Assembly: GCF_000150275.1 (NCBI RefSeq) | Contig: NW_002060948.1 | Location: 2,658,180-2,722,179 of the forward strand | DNA length: 64,000 nucleotides | Direction of reading: 5' to 3' | Origin: Trichoplax adhaerens | Taxonomy: Eukaryota; Animalia; Placozoa | Shown here: in pieces, positions 25,122 through 41,435 of the stretch | Layout of the letters: every line of letters starts with the position of its first letter | How positions within the stretch are numbered: position 1 is the first letter of the stretch | Notes under the pieces: generated by a model | Database searches by the model: none | The model's input: the letters and a program-made list of their open reading frames with translations, nothing else | Told to the model about the DNA's origin: nothing | Position numbers and translations under genes: made by a program

Positions 25122-26762
25122 ATGGCAAATGATGAGGAAGTTGCTGATTCACTAATTTCCCAACAGGTTAGCAAGCTGCTAATCAATTTACATACTGCAC
25201 CTACACTCTTGCACAGTAGCAGCATTTTTATATTCGAAAGTGTTTTTTTAATTCTTTACCTTTCAATATTATACCTCTTAATAAAGCGATTAAAGGCAGC
25301 TTTGCATTATGCAGTGGGTAAAAAATGCGAAGAAATCGGTTAGTATCAGTAATTTTCCTCTATACCGTGTAGTACTTTACGGTATAGTGTACATGATAAA
25401 AATGAAAACTGCAAAATAATTCTGCACCAATATTGTGCTTATCGGCTGAACCAGCCTCAGAAAATGAAATGTGCATACTTACTAGTAGCATGACTGCAGT
25501 TGAAATTGCATCATTTTCTGATTCGTTCACATGTAACTTCAAAAGGCACTTTATACCTAGCATTGCATTGAATTACTGTTATAACCATTGTACATTTACC
25601 GTACTGCATTCTGAACTAGTAAAATTATGCTAAAGTATCACCACACATGCTTATTCTTATTTATTATTGGTTATGCAGGGGAAGAACTTCAAGTGGAATT
25701 CTCCAAGCAAATGATATTTGCTCTAACCGAGTGTACATTTAAACAAAGTGGTAAATTAATCAATGCATCCAACCTACTGTACATAGCAAATTGTATTGAA
25801 TAACATACGAGTACTTACTCTCATAGCGATAATTTCAGTAATTCGAAGTACCTACTCGTAGTTCACTAGCACACAACTCTTAGCTTCTATATGTACGACT
25901 ATAACACTAATATACGTAGTTCAAAACTTGCCAACGACAGCAATGGTTATAGTAAAGTTCTAATATAAATGGTTGACACATTTACTTATTCAAATTTTTA
26001 CCATCACTTCTTATTTCAGAGGTAATAGCAACCGATCTGGAAGCATTTGCAAGGTTATTTCTCTTGATGATTACGATGATGTATCTATATATTCAGTTTT
26101 TTAATTGCTGTATTGCAATACTCGTACATAGATAGTCATGAGCAATAACGTAAATACGTATAGTACATGCAGGAACTACTGACTTTTTCCCTTCAGTAAT
26201 CCCTAGTCATACAATTAATGACTAATGCTCCTGGTACTTTATTTGCTTTTAATTGTTATGGTAAAAATTTTATTCAACAACGCAATGATTATTATACAAT
26301 CATACACGTATTTCGTGCTTCTAACCCGTGCTATTTGTGGCTTCATGCAGGCACGCAAAAAGGACTACCATTAATGGTGATGATGTAAAGCTCCTTGTAA
26401 GGCGAAACAAGAATGTGGTAAAATTATATGGATATATATAACATATATACTGTATGTGTATGTAATTTAACCGTAAGATACTGTAGGCCCATTATTCACT
26501 TCTTGTGTAATAATGCAATCTCGATTAATATAATTAAACACGTTCTTTGAACAGTGACTATGATTGTTGAATGACTGATTTATCCGATCCTAAAGGAAAG
26601 GATGGTAGTTACTTACTGAGCTGGAGTTGCTTTCTACTATTTCAGGGTGATTGTATAAAAGATCTATCAGATAAATTGGCTAAATTACACAGTCGGCAAA
26701 AAATGAAAAACAAGAGACCGAGAAAAGATGCTGCGTCCACAGATAGCATAATGGAAACGTAG
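25122..26762 (+). CDS. CENPS: Centromere protein S / MHF1 histone-fold protein, 6 exons
   Basis: Spliced MANDEEVADSLISQQ|RLKAALHYAVGKKCEEI|GEELQVEFSKQMIFALTECTFKQS|EVIATDLEAFA|RHAKRTTINGDDVKLLVRRNKNV|GDCIKDLSDK...MET; RLKAAxHY and DLExFARHAKRTTI are CENP-S signatures. Confidence 0.93.
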
Positions 26763-27981
26763 ACATCGCGACATCTCGGTGCTTATAATCTCCAGTTAAA
26801 TTTTATGTGTGTTAATTCATTAATTGCATTGTCGGTATGAACTTACATTTACGTGGAGCTGCCTAAAAGAACTTATTCGACTTTACTTACGTATAAAACA
26901 AGTTGGAAGTAACGTATCCGGTATCCGTTCGAAAGTAACACTTTAATGTTATTGATATAAAACTAATTTATTGAAAGGTATAACGGATTTTAAGAAAAAT
27001 TTTCGTAAAATTGATCACTATACTCTTTGAAAATTTTTTAAAATAACCAATAATTAACCAAACAATTACTATTCCTAATTCGATCGTAAAGTGCATATAA
27101 TACAGTATATGCATAAATTAGATCTCTTGAACAAAAATTTCTATTTGAATTATTTTGTACGATTACATGTATTTGTTAAGCAATAGCAAATTATTGCTAA
27201 TGTCAACTGATAAACTGTTACAAGTATTAATAAAAATAATGCAATTATAATTCGCATTTATCGGGGAAAAAATTTCATGGGACATCGTATAATATTAATT
27301 CCTAAATACCGGATAAAGTCTAATAACGGCAGCACTTATTAGTTTGCCAGGTAAAGTAGTCATATTAAAACTTAAATAATTAATTGTAATCATCTGCATT
27401 TTTAAAAGTAAGCTTTTTTTTAAATTTGCAAATATCCTAAAGCTTATAATCATAATGAATAAGCCATAAAAGAAATACTTATTATAGCAACCTATAAATG
27501 TAATTTTACGTAGAAAACATTCTATGCAAAGCAAATACATAGTTATTTGTATATTGTATTGTACAAGTTCGATATGAGGATACTTAGATAGAATTATTAT
27601 CAAAATATAATTGATACTTATAAATTGAGACTACAATCTTCGAAACCTGTGTACTGAAATCTATCGTTCTGTTTGTAGAATCATTATGCAAATCCCCAAG
27701 AAGGAAGTAAGAAATTTGCTTGTAATGTTTTTCTAAGGAATGCTGATAAGGATTAGTATATATGCACTATTAAAAATTAGTCGTTATATAGTATAATCGA
27801 AGAATCATCCAATGCTAGTAATATATTTAAAACAGTATCTCTTGTTACTTGATAACTTGCTCACGGGCAGTTTACCAGATGAGTACATTTGAATCTATCT
27901 TATAGATTTACTTTCATATATCATAAACAATTTATCTAATTTGATAAAGGCGTGAAGTAACTCAAGAACATATACGCCTTT

Positions 27982-30143
<2,162 letters not shown>

Positions 30144-31055
30144 GGCAGCAGTAATCACTAGACACGATTGAAATTAATCTTCGTGTCTAATCCGCTGCTG
30201 GAGAAAACTCAACAAGATCGATGATGATAATTCTAATAATAAAAGGTACGATATCGCCCCAAAAAGAAAAAAAAAACAAGTTCTAGTACTGAAGAATTGA
30301 ATATTGGTATCAAATTCAATATCAATGCAAGTCATCTAGTATCAGTTCAAGACAGTAGCTAGTATTTACAAGATGACATGAGTATTGAATTTCAAGTTTG
30401 AAATGTTGGTAGTCAATTAATTGTAGAGAGAAGGGTATGTATACTGTAGGTTTAATAGATTCTAGTCGACAGTAATAATATCAGAATACGTAATTGCATG
30501 TGTACTGGAACATCATTATAGAATATAGTCAAGATTCAACACTTACAAAAAGTTACCAAAATGATACAACATATATTTACCGTTTCTAAAATCATCACTG
30601 ATATTATAGTACATAGTACACATTTCGACGGAACAATGTAACCAGCATATCGATAATTAAACAAATTAATTACAGTCGAGTTAGAAGTACACTTTACCAG
30701 CTACGATCGTTTAGCTAGAAACAATTGAAACTCCTTGATATTATAATAATAATAATAATAATTTGAAGCAATTGCAAATTACGTACGTTGATCAATTCAG
30801 TTCTACGGCATTGATCTACCTCTCTACCTCTCTATCTCTATGCAAGGCACTATCTAGGCTGTAGTGGATCTAATTATATATATGCAATCATAATAAAGCT
30901 CCAGCGCATGGTTATCCAAGCTGCTACCTAAAGGTCATTTACCACTTGAATTGGAACAGTATGAAAAATAAAATTTGGATTTCTCCCGTATACACACTTA
31001 CACAGTCTTACGCAGTAAGATGCAGCTGCGCATTCCAACTGCTCTTCCAGCACAG

Positions 31056-32056
31056 CCCAGTACAGTACTGTACCAGGAACTTTTGTTGATGTCCAAATCC
31101 AACCTGGCTATGAAGTGATAGCGTACAGTATGCAATGCGGCTGAGTGGATGGTATGGTACAGTACAGTACTGTACAATAGACAGTATGACACTATCTGTA
31201 GCGTCGTTCTTCCAACAGTACTGTATGACACGATCTGTAACGACGTTCTTACGATCTGACGCTAGTGACTAGTTGAAGTGTTACCACAATTTCACTGTAT
31301 TGCGCATGAGTACAATATCATCGATCACAGTACTGTCAACTAGTGTCAAGGGACTTGTACGACGAATACAGTACTTAGTATTAGAAGTCGCTGGTACTGT
31401 CGGGTACTGTATCATACAGTACTCGTCCAGTCAATACAGTACTGTGCACTGAGTCAGTATGGAAGAGCTTTTTCTTGTAATAGGCAAAACTTGACGACCA
31501 TACGTTACTAAATCAAACACGGATTGCATCTGGTACTGTATCAGCTGTTGCATACAGTTTAATACTATGCACTGTACACTGTAGTGTACAGTGCGTAGTA
31601 CTGTACAGTATTCTTTTTTTGGGGGGGGGTGGAGGTTTCTACAGTATTGTACTGTACAGTACTGTACTGTAAGTTACTGTATGTTGTACTGTACTGTGGC
31701 ATTGTACTGTAAACTTGCAGGACAAGTTTCTGGAACTGTCGTACAGTACAATACGTTACTATACTGTACAGCGTTCATTACCCAACAGTTTAATACTATG
31801 CACTGTACACTGTAGTGTACAGTGCTTAGTACTGTATTCTTTTTGGGGGGTTTCTACAGTACAGTACTGTAAGTTACTGTACAGTACAGTATGTTGTACT
31901 GTACTGTGGTATTGTATGTACTGTAAACTTGCAGGACAAGTTCCTGGAACTGTCGTACTGTATGTACCCGTACAGTACAGTACCGTGCTCATCACGCTAG
32001 TTGACTGTGTACTGTGTACAGTACGGTACGGTACTATACAGCGTTCATACCCAACT
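31056..32056. repeat. CAGTA/TACTG repeat patch in the SLC35E2/NDUFB5-like divergent interval, including a ~231-bp-period tandem duplication (31554-32056)
   Basis: acagtttaatactatgcactgtacactgtagtgtacagtgc at 31554 and 31785; aaacttgcaggacaagtt(t/c)ctggaactgtcgtac and tacagcgttca(t)tacccaac each occur twice. Confidence 0.9.
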
Positions 32057-32068
32057 GACCAAGACAAA

Positions 32069-34585
32069 ATGGCGTTTGCTAACGGATGCAAGCGGTTAAC
32101 TCCTATCGTGTCATCGCTACCATCATCGACGAATGGTAATATGGAATTCAAATCGTTATTTTTTAAATAAAACTGTATCTTTAATGAACAGGGATGTCAA
32201 TATTGGTTTCAAATTTAGATTTATTGACCATATTCAGGTTTTAGCTGTAGTGTTGTACTACACCTATACAGTAGACAGTAGTTCTATCATGGCTACAGTA
32301 TGTTGTAATATCTAATCTTTTGGTGTACAAGATCCATGGATTACTTTACGCGTATGGAAAATTACATATGGGATTCGTCATTACCAACATGAATCAGTTC
32401 TATTAAAATACTGTATAGCTTACAGTACTGTAAAGCACTCTCATTAATTTACAGCAGCAACACGGATCATGAACCGTTGCTGTGGTGTTGTCATCATGAA
32501 AGCAACAGAAACTTGCTTACGGTTTTAGTTACTATATTCTGCACTGTAAATGGAGAATGTACCTCAGCGTCAATTAAATAGTGACAGTTGTTGGCATTGA
32601 ACTCTATTCATTTTCTGAATAAAGCTTAACGCTGCTAAGATAAAAAAAAATATGGAATTAAACAAGTAGCGCACGTACAGCGATAGACATACTAGGCCTA
32701 CTTTAACCCTTCTTGATCCATAAGTTGCTAGATCATTTACCGTACCCGTGTAGCAACATTGTATAGCTGGGGTGGCCTAGTGTACAGTGGTATAGCATTA
32801 GCGGACTGTTATCGAAATTCTTTCACAATATCATAATATCACAACTATTTAGTTGCCAGTGAACTGCACAAGTTCAGTACTGCCGTTTGCTATGATTCTG
32901 CAATAGTCTTCGATTCCAATAATTATAATTTTACCGAATTGGCATTCTTTGTCTAGACCTTGTAATATCTCGATTTAACATACTACTCTATGCTGTAAAG
33001 CTTTTAGATCTTCATCGCGTCGCTTACTCTCCGGCACGGAAGAAGCTCCATTCGGATATGCTTGGAGTATACCGAAAAAGATCGTGAGTTGATAGCCTTA
33101 CCTGCATAGTTATAGTGGATTAGGAAGACCAAACAGATTCGTATATAAGCTATTCGGTAACTTGTTAACGCATCATTTCGGAGTATCTACAGCAATCTGA
33201 TAAAAGTGATAACAGTAGCATAATCATAACAGTATTTTAATCAAACACTAATCAGACAAAAAAGATTCGTTTTATAGCTTATAGCTAAAAGTCTACTATA
33301 GTTCACGCTAACAATTATTCTTTGTAATTCAGACTAGTTTCTCTCTAGAGTCTCTAATGCACACTACTCCTACATGCCCTATAGCACCTAGAACCACAGT
33401 AACGCATAATACCTAATTATTCTACATTAATCTTTATCCATCAGTATTGCATTTGTAAAAATTCCTATTTCTTGCTAAGATGGACCTATATTATAGTAAC
33501 TGCTGCTTGTCAGATTTTTTACTCTTTCTAATAAACACTCGCTACGGACACTAGATTGCCTGGCAACGATAAGAAATCGTATAATCCACATAGGGACTAT
33601 CCTTAGATCAATTACTATTCATTTTATAAATATATATATGAAAATCAGGCAGTAAAAATCATAGCAAACCGATTTAAGAAAATTATCACAATTGCACAAG
33701 TCATTAACAATATTAAACTATTCGAGATTAAGTTTCAGTATTACTGCTAGTATTTGCAATAGCCGTTTTTTAATTTTGTAAATTTACCTTTAATGCTGGT
33801 TTTCAAACTGTATTATTGCAATCTTGATTGTTAAGGCCTTTTTAATTAGTCTGCCCGTAGTATGGATGACTGGCTCAAAATTTCTTCGAGGTATTAATGA
33901 TATGTTTGCCTTTATATTATAGTTTATTTGCTCTGCAACAAAAACCGTTATGAAATAATAAAGTATAATAGCATTCTTCTTGACTCATGATTGCACTTTT
34001 TCAAATTAGGTTGCGAAGAAGGAGCCAATGAAAGGAGCCTGTTAGTTAAACTTAGAAGAAAAGTTTACAATCAAGTAAGATGCTACCATTTCAAACGCTA
34101 TTTCAGTAAATAGATTTTATTATTACTTCTATTTTAATACAGTAATAATCTCTTTGTTTTCTCTAGCCATTTCAATGGGAAGACCAAAAAGTGGTAAGTG
34201 TTCGCGCAGTATAGTTTCATCGGCACTTATAAACGAGCTACTGCATTAATCCATCGACTGTCAGATGATTTATCAGTCATTACGGGCATTGATTGGAATA
34301 ATAATTCTTTTAGAACTGTAATTGATGATTTATTTTCTTGTATCTGTTTCCGTTTCTTTTAATTAGCATCCCCTTACATGGTTTATGGCCAAATATATGA
34401 TTATGGATCCACAAAAACGTGAAGAATTCTGGGAAGAACACATGCGTAAGGTGAAGAAACGTCGCGAAATTCACCTTGCGCAAATGCGACAACCCCAAAA
34501 TCCACCAGTCATGATGATGCAATACCCTGTTGCGAACTATGGAGTTGAACCTAAAGGCAAACCTATTGGACCTGATGGTTTTTAA
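32069..34585 (+). CDS. NDUFB5: Divergent mitochondrial complex I accessory subunit NDUFB5 (SGDH)-like, 7 exons, 191 aa
   Basis: Phase-consistent GT-AG exons 32069-32135, 32455-32521, 33008-33083, 33836-33890, 34010-34074, 34167-34193, 34367-34585. They give an Arg/Ser-rich presequence, a hydrophobic segment (IAFLISLPVVWMTG) and FQWEDQKVHPLTWFMAKYMIMDPQK, resembling [22 protein letters not shown] of NDUFB5. Confidence 0.65.
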
Positions 34586-35449
34586 GCCAATTGATTGTGT
34601 TAAACTTATGGATTTTGAAATGTTAAAATAGCCAAAAAATTTGCTCATTTAAAATGCGAAATCATGTAACCTATATTTTATGACCATACTGCGCCAAAGT
34701 GAGGTTTCTGTATGCGGTATAGTTGCTGATTCTAGTATTTAAAGATTAGATTACGCTATATGCGCTCGAAGAATTTCAAATGTCATCATGACTTCTTTTA
34801 GCTCGATTTGCTCTCATTCATTCATGTGCTTGGTAACTTTTTGGTATAGAATTTTATATTGAATGAAATGAAATTGATCCATTTAACATCAGAAAATGGA
34901 TGCATACAAAAGTAACATTTGTCAGAAGTTAAGGTACTATCGATACTGCATGTAGGAATACTGTTTTGCATTGAAACTGAAAATAAAGTCACTTTTGAAA
35001 ATACCCTATGCAAACATCATTCATCGCTTATTCCAGTTTCTAATTTTAACATATAAATACACCCATATAAGATACTCCTAGTATAGCGACTAGCGTTGCA
35101 TTGCAACCTAAACATTCAGCGTACAACATTCCCTAATTTATAGTCAAAACCCTCTAATCTTTCTCTCCTACCCTTCCTTACAGAAGAAAACTTTGATATC
35201 AAGAATTATCATTTGCCGATAAACGTCGTTTTCATTTAGCCGATAGGAGACAAACTCTGTTGCGATATTGCAATTAGCATACTTCATTAACGATTAAAAA
35301 GAGACTAGATAAAGCATTATGTATTTATTAGCACGGACATCTCTCCTTGAGATTTTCTCTTGGAAATCCCTGTCATTAATTAGTCTCTTATTAAGCCATT
35401 TACTCTTTTCAAGTCTCAGGATTGTCAGTACTCAGTTGAGATATCAGAA

Positions 35450-35615
35450 ATATACGGTCTACTCTACCGTATATTGTACTGTATACTGTACGGTGTCGTG
35501 AGTGTGAACTACAGTACATGCTGCAGTATGCAGTATGGTAATGATACTGTGCCAATATACTGTACTGTTCAGCTGTACTGTAGACTGTATGGTACAATAC
35601 ACTACATTATGTATT
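35450..35615. repeat. CAGTA/TACTG patch upstream of ARMC3
   Basis: tgtactgtatactgtacgg...tacagtacatgctgcagtatgcagtatgg...tactgtactgttcagctgtactgtagactgtatggtac. Confidence 0.8.
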
Positions 35616-35638
35616 ATACAAGATTGTTTCGTAAACTC

Positions 35639-35652
35639 GTAGCCATAGCAAC
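35639..35652 (+). promoter_or_regulatory. RFX X-box
   Basis: GTAGCCATAGCAAC matches GTHNYYATRRNAAC exactly, about 120 bp upstream of the ARMC3 ATG. Confidence 0.7.
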
Positions 35653-35771
35653 ATACGCCTTGTTGTTGCTACTGATGATACTGCTGCTACTAGCTAGAAA
35701 TCATCGTAGTTGTATGTTAAACCTGATAAGTTGTCTACTAAACATCCAGCTAAATCACTAAACTATCGAAA

Positions 35772-38700
35772 ATGCCGTCCAAAGTAAAAAAGAAGGATCA
35801 TAATGAAATACAAAATAATGAAGTAAGAATAGCAAATTTATCCTTCCTTGCTTTTATTAATCATTTCAGTTATTCCCTTACCCTTAAAGTAATATTTACA
35901 TCAGCAGTATCAGTTGCCATTGAATACATCTGTAATAATCAAATAAATAGAGCTAAGATTGACAACGATAGATCGAAATTACGAACAGATTATAGAAAAT
36001 GAATCGTCTATTTTAATTTGATTGTAAGCGTAACGAAAGTATCACTATCAATAGTTTGATCCAGTTAATCTGATCTCCAAAAATCCACGAACGGTGGTTT
36101 TAATGTTGGATTCGCCGGAGGAGACAGTGTTAGCATCTGCTTGCGAGGCTATTTATAAATTTGCCGAAAAGTGTAAGTCAATCTTATCTCTAGAAGGCTA
36201 TACAGGAATACTAACAATTATACTGTATAAACAATCGTAAGACTAGATTTGTAATTATTTTCGTATCCGAGTCTCAGTTTCATATGTTACGATAATGTAA
36301 TAAGTTTTAGTTTGGATAGAGTTGTAGATTTTATTCAACAATGAATTGAAAATCTCCATCATTTCATATAGCCGATGCAAATAAAATCGAACTACTGAAT
36401 ACTGGCGTAATCAATGGTCTTAATCGTTTGCTATCGCTTGATGATAAGGCAGTGAGAACCCATGCCGCAGCCTGTCTAGGAACATTAACTGGTCATGGTA
36501 AGCCATCATGATCATGCTACGTTTTCTAACTGCTTGCATATACACATAGCATGCTATACTTAGTAATTTTTTATTATAAACTGTATACTCATCCTGAATG
36601 ATGATTTACATCCTCACCTAGCCGAAATCAGAAAAGCACTTCGTAAAACAAATTGTATAGAGCCACTTATTGCTTTAATACAGCCCGAAGGTAAAATAGT
36701 TTTAAATTATTATTTCGCACAATATTATCATGACTATCATTTATAAGTAGATAAAATTATTATAATAAGTCTAATTTTCAATTTTTAATTCGAAAGAGGA
36801 ACTTATCTGTCACGATCATGCGAGCCTTGCCTTGTGTCATCTTGCAGCAGATTTTACCTCTAAATTAGAGATATTTGAAAAGAATGGATTACAGCCACTA
36901 ATTAAGCTCCTAACTTCTATTGATAGCGATGTACAGGTAAAATCTATTGAAATAATCTTAAACATACATAAACTTCATAAAAATTATTCATAGAGATAAA
37001 ATATTTTCCGTGACCAAATGTTAAACATTTGAATCAAAAATAACAAAGATTGATATAATAATTATATCTACAGTAAAGTATTTTTTAGTTATATGTCTAG
37101 CTATAATCATTCATAAACTTATGGATTTAACGCAGTTGCATATATCTTCGATGTTTACTTATATGGTCACTTATTTTTAATTAATGTAGAAAAACGCTGC
37201 TGAAGCCATCTGCTATATGGTTCAAGACTATCAGAGTAGACTAGCGATTCGAGATCTACATGGTAAAGTAGTCAAATTTAATGGATCAACAGAAATACTG
37301 CAGCTTCAAAAACCTGGATAAATATACTGTACTAACACCCAATAATGTATTTGATAGGTTTCAAGCCGTTATTGTTACTCCTCGACTCTGATTACCCAGT
37401 TATTCAAGAATTATCCTTAACTACTCTTTTACGCTGTACTCAAGATAGTTAGGGCAACATTATTCATATACAGAGCTATTACTTGTAAACGCTAAGATTA
37501 AGATGCTATATTCAATAACTGTCATATTTATGCTAATTCAACTGTAGCTGATAATCGTGCTGCAATTCGAGAAGTTGGGGGAATGGAAAAATTAGTTGAT
37601 TTTATTGGCAATAAGGTAACATACTCACACCTAACAAAAATACAAAGCAAAATTCAAATGAATGCGATAATACGATTTAGAAGGATACCATAAAATATTA
37701 CTAAATTGTTACAAATATCAAAATATTTACTTGTAAAGAACTGAATAATTATCAATACAGTTAATATTAATATATTAGTTATTCTCGTTATATAAATATC
37801 TATTACCTAAATTCTTTAACACTACTACTAAAGGACTTTGAAGATCTTCATGTTAACTGCATGGCAATAATCTCTAACTGTCTAGAAGATCACGAATGTA
37901 TGAAGGTAATCATTCGTTGCATAGGTTATAGCATCTTACCGATATATTCGGAATAAAGAAAGGTACTTTAAATAAATCTAAATTACTTTTGCTCATTAGC
38001 TCATGCAAAATAATCGAGGCTTGGAGAAATTACTTGCTTTCACAGTTGATTCAACATCTCATGCAATGCAGCAGCGAGCGGTAAACAAGTCATAAAATAT
38101 GCGATTAGGGAACTTAACTTAAAAATTCTAGTGTGCAACTAATGCAAGTTAAATTATAATTTACATATGATTATCTTTAGGCTAGAGCAGTTGGAAATGC
38201 TGCCAAAAATGGTAAGGAAACGTCAATATTTAATAATTCAACAACAAATACAAAGTAATAATTTAACATCGATGAAAAATAAAATTACAGATCAACTCTT
38301 TATCATCTCTAATAATAGCTGAAAACAGAAAGATTTTTCGAGAAATAGAATCCGAAAAACAAATCATCACATTATTTGCATCAGATGTAAGCATGCTAAT
38401 GATCTAAATTACATTAGTAGTAAGTGATTATTATTGTTCTTTATTAAAGTATTAATTTTATATCATTGGTACATAACAGAATATCGGTGTGCAAGCAGCC
38501 ACAGCTCGTGCTTTAGCACTAATGGCTGAAAATTCTGGAAGCAGAGAGGCAATAGGACACTTCGGTAGGAATTTAGAAGATCATTGAGTAATCTTATGAA
38601 TTATTTTGGACGCTATCCTCCTAATAATATCCTTAATATAATCTAATTATCACATGACATTACCCCTTACTCAGATGGAGTACCACCGCTTATCTCTTTA

Positions 38701-41435
38701 CTAAATAACGAAAATGTCGAAGCAAGAACTTTTGCATCTCTTGCACTCGCTAATATGACATCTTCCCATACAAAGAATTGCAGGTAATTATACCCTTAAT
38801 TTGCTCTCATTCTGAACAATAGCTTATTTGTTGCTGCTACTACAGAAATGGTAATATATTTAATCTCTAAAATATTATATTTATATTTTAGTTTGGTCGT
38901 CCAAGCAAATGGAATTGAACCTCTGATAGCATTATTAAACGATCATAAATTTGAACCACAAGCAAATGCTGCTGTCTGTTTAACTAATATTGCCGCTGAC
39001 GGTAATTAAAACGACCCTAGTATCGTTGAGAATTCATGACATATAGTGTTTTAGGTTCTCAAACTATAGCATAACTGACAATTAACGATTTAAACTCTTA
39101 GAGGGATATCGAGCAGAAATCCAGCGTCAAGGCGTCGTACAATCTCTCGTCAATGCTTTACAATCTATGTTAGCAATTGTAAACTCATTTTTATTAGTAA
39201 CATATTTTTTCTTTGAATTGTTTCAAATCAGTGTACCGGCTAGCCAACTAACTATATACGATTCAAAGCTAACTATATATCTCGCTATTACACATATAGT
39301 AATAATACAGTACAAGCAAAAGCTACCTTAGCTGTTGCAGCGCTCGTATGCGATACAGAAACTAGAACTGAGGTAAAATTTATAAATTTAAAATTAAGAA
39401 TTTTATTATTCTGTAATTTTAATAACAACTTAAAATGCTTTCATTAATTTGGCTGCTTAGCTGCGAAATTATAGTGGATGTGAACGAATTGTAGCTTTAT
39501 TAAAATCTGATAATGATCAAGTGCGGAGATGTGCTTGCTGGACTATCAACTCTTGCGGAAATGACCTGCCTACTGCTACCGACTTTTGTAAACATGGGTA
39601 AATGAATATCAATTAGGAATATTTGACTCAGCATAGTTAATTCTGATTTAAATTAAATGATCATCTGATATTCTTCGTAATTATACAGTGCATTAGAAAT
39701 ACTGCAGGACATTGCAACATCAAACACGCGACAATCGCGATTTGCAAAAGCCGCTCTTGATTGCCTACTAAATTGCAATCTCTCAGCCAAATACAGCTTA
39801 AATAATGAAATTAGTGCTCAAAATTTTATTCAGGATGGATTTTACGATGCAGGACAAGTTAGTTCATATCTATAATATCAATAGGCGATATTATAACTAA
39901 ACTGTGACCTCTAAAATTAGTACATACTGTAATTTAGACACTTTAGCTCGATATATTATCATACATTGAAAGAATGGCATTTCTTGAAAACTTATTCAAA
40001 TTTTAATTCGTTACTGTAACTGATCTTAAATACAGTTATTAACTTTAATTCATATCTTAACTTAGTTACGTCAAGGGAGACCATTTCTAAGCCTTGAGGA
40101 ATTTAGTAAATCACCTATAGATGCTAAAAGACCTTATCTGTTGGTTTATACTAAGAATCCTATCAGGTAACTATAATTGCATGCTGTATGCTGCTAAAAT
40201 AGATGAATACGATAATAAAAGTGTCCCGTTAACCAGTTGGTATAAATTTGTAATAGAGCATAATAAACTATCTTTACAGGAAAGTTGAGACTCCAGTTAC
40301 TCAACCCACATCCGAAAAGAAGCACTCAAGCAGACGCCGAGATGGCCGAAGGTGGGGCTTAACTTTCATATCTGTATATATATAAAGTTGAAAACTTCTT
40401 ATAATTAATTACCGAAATATTCGATTTTAATGGTAATTAAGTCCTAATTAAAATCATCTTTATAGTAAAATGAGATCCCGTGAACAAAAAGAGCGAGAAG
40501 AGACTGCACGCGAAGAAGAGCAGCAACTGCTACTTCAACAACAGTTGGAGGAGGAAAGAAAAGCCGCCGCCGGTGAATGGAGGCCAAATTACGATGCAAT
40601 CTTAGCAAATTATATACAAGAAGCTCAAAAAAATATTCAAACTTTACCCAATACGCGTGAGCAAGTTATTGCTTTAGCGAAGTAAGTATTAGGATGTTTC
40701 AAATTTATCTATATTCCCTACCTTTACGACATACCATGCTATACGTCAAATTAGGGGTGGTTAATTATTTAGGAGCCTAATATCAGAAAATTATTCTTAT
40801 TTTTGTACTAGATCTGTTAGCGACAAAATGGGTGGCGTTATCGAGAAAGCCAACTTGGCTGGTTTTGGATATGAACTACATATCAATCAATTGAAATATG
40901 AATTAAAGTCGAACATTATACCTCTTGGTTCTATTTCAATGGGAACATTCTATCACAGAGCACTGTTATTTAAGGTAAGATAAGTGTTGCTAATCTACTA
41001 TAATAAAAAATCAGAGAAATCCTGTAAGCTAGTTGGAATGTAAGGATAATATTACATACTGTTCTTAATACACGTATTCTCTGTTACTGATAAAGAGCTA
41101 ATTTATGAACCTTATTCATTAATTATAATTATAGGTCGTTGCCGATAGAATAGGAATTAGTACATCTCTGATAAGAGGAAAATATACAAGAGCGTGGAAC
41201 GAAGTACTAATATCTGACGACCCAGAGGTAATTTATACTATGACCTTCACAGAGTAACCTTCTTAGTTTGAGTTATAAATACTTACTAACTTTTTTTGTA
41301 CTTCTATCATCGTAATTATTACAGCCTGGACAACCCCGCTATCCACCTAAAAAGTATATTGTTGACTTAATTCACCAACCTGGTCAGTTGCTACTGATTG
41401 ATTCTATGGAAGCCAAAAAATACTGTCGATTGTAA
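35772..41435 (+). CDS. ARMC3: Armadillo repeat-containing protein 3 (ARM repeats plus C-terminal EDR1-like domain), more than 20 exons
   Basis: MPSKVKKKD...|FDPVNLISKNPRTVVLMLDSPEETVLASACEAIYKFAEK, ARM repeats, LNCNLSAKYSL...FIQDGFYDAGQ, GTFYHRALLFK|VVADRIGISTSLIRGKYTRAWNEV, YIVDLIHQPGQL...EAKKYCRL; stop 41433-41435. Confidence 0.93.

Noticed and set aside
32769-32817. tRNA-like 5' half (gtggcctagtg...ggtatagc...cggactgttatcgaaa) in an intron of the NDUFB5-like gene
   Set aside because: No T-arm GGTTCRA/B-box and no acceptor-stem pairing; at best a decayed fragment
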